NCBI GenBank assembly: GCA_002633005.1
Contig: NMRA01000158.1
Location: 370,229-434,228, forward strand
DNA length: 64,000 bases
Source: Phoronis australis
Taxonomy: Eukaryota > Animalia > Phoronida
Direction of reading: 5' to 3'
The notes below the pieces were generated by a model. It worked only from the letters and a program-made list of their open reading frames with translations. It did not search any database and had not been told where the DNA came from. A program made the position numbers and the translations under genes. This document shows positions 61,596-64,000 of the stretch, in pieces; the stretch's first letter is position 1; the number at the start of each line of letters is the position of its first letter.

Positions 61596-61847
61596 CATGC
61601 GCGCACCCACCCTAAAAATGGGGAGGGGGCTCGAATTTTTGAGAATGTGGACCTTTTACTAAGATTCACGGAGTACGTTCAGAGGTATGAATTGTGTATT
61701 TGCAGAATTTTGGTAGTTCATGCCTTTTTAGTGGACTCATTGCCTCGTTTTCTACTTTTCTCGTAGTTTTTGTTTATCTTAGGTGGACCTTTTTCCCACT
61801 TCGCCAAATTGGGGGGAGGCTCACTCGAGCCCCTGGGTGCGCCCATG
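61596..61847. mobile_element. MITE with 14-bp TIR and 5-bp TSD CAATA
   Basis: caata|catgcgcgcaccca...tgggtgcgcccatg|caata. Confidence 0.8.
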
Positions 61848-62419
61848 CAATAATTAATTTTATTTGTCTTAATCTGATAGTGACTTGATAGAATACCAAA
61901 TCCGGTTTTTGGCTTAATAGCAGATACTAAAAATGACTTTCCTATCAATTTCTCTTAAACAAAATAACTCTCTGTTACCCTCGATAACTCTCAAAAGATT
62001 TGAGGACAGTTTGAATACTCCTTCCAAAGACTGTCAAATGGGCCAGCGGGACCTACGCTTGTAACAAATTACTCGGCAACCAAGAATTATAATATCCAAT
62101 ATGTGACAATGGGAGTACGAGTTTTTAGTTTATTCCTGCCTTGATCTTTCAAGATTGACGTCAATGATGCATCAGCAGGTGACAGAACGAGGGTTTACCA
62201 TCCTTTTACGTGAGTCATGCGGCGCCGGAAAATTGCTGTTCACAAAATTTAAATTTCGCAAATTATAGAGTTTGTTTACAGCCCCAAGAGCAAAATTTTG
62301 ACCTGGAAAGTGTCCAAAACAGTCGATTGATCTCCGGAACTTAAAAAAATCGTTTTTCTTAACCCTCGGTGTTAGATGAGTATTATGATACGTACGTAGT
62401 CACATAGTAGTCGCTTACA

Positions 62420-62866
62420 TTAAAGGAGAATGCCACCCAAAACAACCTATTTTGTATCAATTTAGATCGAGTAGTTCTACTCGATAACGGCAGGTTCGGT
62501 TGCGTTACCTGACACCTGACGGCAGACGGAGGTGTTGAAATTATCCAATGACGTAATTGGTTTCACACGCAGTCTGTTCAGCAGTTCACAACACGGGTTA
62601 GTGGTGTCAGCTTATCGCTTGAATTCATCGTTTAACACCAATAAATCATCAAACTTCGACGTAAAACCATTAAAAATACACAGAGTTCTATATAAAAACG
62701 TGTTGTTATATTTCGCTTTTACTTATTTACTGGTACATGTATTTGGACACACCGTAGCCCGTTCGGTAGGCCAACTCAGTTACCAAGGTCCGTAGCAGGA
62801 GTTTGGGGTCTGTTCGGAGATAAATTCGAAGTATTCTTCTGTGAAATACAGACAGGAGAACCCAGA
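62420..62866. mobile_element. possible Kolobok-type MITE end running into the gap
   Basis: TTAAAGGAGAATGCCACCC start resembles TTAA-flanked Kolobok termini; the other end is not visible. Confidence 0.3.
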
Positions 62867-63762
62867 NNNNNNNNNNNNNNNNNNNNNNNNNNNNNNNNNN
62901 NNNNNNNNNNNNNNNNNNNNNNNNNNNNNNNNNNNNNNNNNNNNNNNNNNNNNNNNNNNNNNNNNNNNNNNNNNNNNNNNNNNNNNNNNNNNNNNNNNNN
63001 NNNNNNNNNNNNNNNNNNNNNNNNNNNNNNNNNNNNNNNNNNNNNNNNNNNNNNNNNNNNNNNNNNNNNNNNNNNNNNNNNNNNNNNNNNNNNNNNNNNN
63101 NNNNNNNNNNNNNNNNNNNNNNNNNNNNNNNNNNNNNNNNNNNNNNNNNNNNNNNNNNNNNNNNNNNNNNNNNNNNNNNNNNNNNNNNNNNNNNNNNNNN
63201 NNNNNNNNNNNNNNNNNNNNNNNNNNNNNNNNNNNNNNNNNNNNNNNNNNNNNNNNNNNNNNNNNNNNNNNNNNNNNNNNNNNNNNNNNNNNNNNNNNNN
63301 NNNNNNNNNNNNNNNNNNNNNNNNNNNNNNNNNNNNNNNNNNNNNNNNNNNNNNNNNNNNNNNNNNNNNNNNNNNNNNNNNNNNNNNNNNNNNNNNNNNN
63401 NNNNNNNNNNNNNNNNNNNNNNNNNNNNNNNNNNNNNNNNNNNNNNNNNNNNNNNNNNNNNNNNNNNNNNNNNNNNNNNNNNNNNNNNNNNNNNNNNNNN
63501 NNNNNNNNNNNNNNNNNNNNNNNNNNNNNNNNNNNNNNNNNNNNNNNNNNNNNNNNNNNNNNNNNNNNNNNNNNNNNNNNNNNNNNNNNNNNNNNNNNNN
63601 NNNNNNNNNNNNNNNNNNNNNNNNNNNNNNNNNNNNNNNNNNNNNNNNNNNNNNNNNNNNNNNNNNNNNNNNNNNNNNNNNNNNNNNNNNNNNNNNNNNN
63701 NNNNNNNNNNNNNNNNNNNNNNNNNNNNNNNNNNNNNNNNNNNNNNNNNNNNNNNNNNNNNN
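62867..63762. other. assembly gap (N run)
   Basis: 896 consecutive N. Confidence 0.99.
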
Positions 63763-64000
63763 ATTAATTTTATTTGTCTTAATCTGATAGTGACTTGATA
63801 GAATACCAAATCCGGTTTTTGGCTTAATAGCAGATACTAAAAATGACTTTCCTATCAATTTCTCTTCAACAAAATAACGCTCTGTTACCCTCGATAACTC
63901 TCAAAAGATTTGAGGACAGTTTGAATACTCCTTCCAAAGACTGTCAAATGGGCAAGCGGGACCTACGCTTGTAACAAATTACTCGGCAACCAAGAATTAC

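Noticed and set aside
62727-63858. ORFs of 308-360 aa
   Set aside because: They are artefacts of translating the N gap

Overview
This is AT-rich, intron-containing eukaryotic DNA from an animal, probably a marine invertebrate (inferred from protein style; not provable here). Three + strand genes can be built by hand from GT-AG junctions with consistent intron phases. (1) The last three coding exons of a Na+/K+-ATPase beta subunit (1860-4560). (2) A complete CELSR/Flamingo adhesion GPCR: 31 coding exons over 10853-54804, 8973 nt, about 2990 aa, with a 3.5-kb first exon, a 13.8-kb first intron, an intact GPS motif HL/S and a C-terminal -ETSV on a 19-nt last coding exon. (3) The first three exons of an Rh-type ammonium transporter (58768-61535), cut off by an N gap. 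Introns and intergenic DNA hold many small non-autonomous DNA transposons, including at least six CA...TG elements that nearly all have 5-bp target-site duplications. There are also hairpins and tandem duplications that repeatedly sit on CELSR splice sites. Four duplications next to N positions look like assembly artefacts. I found no convincing new multi-gene system. The best leads are the 5-bp-TSD element group, the duplicated splice sites and exon fragments, and a possible splice switch for the PDZ-binding tail.
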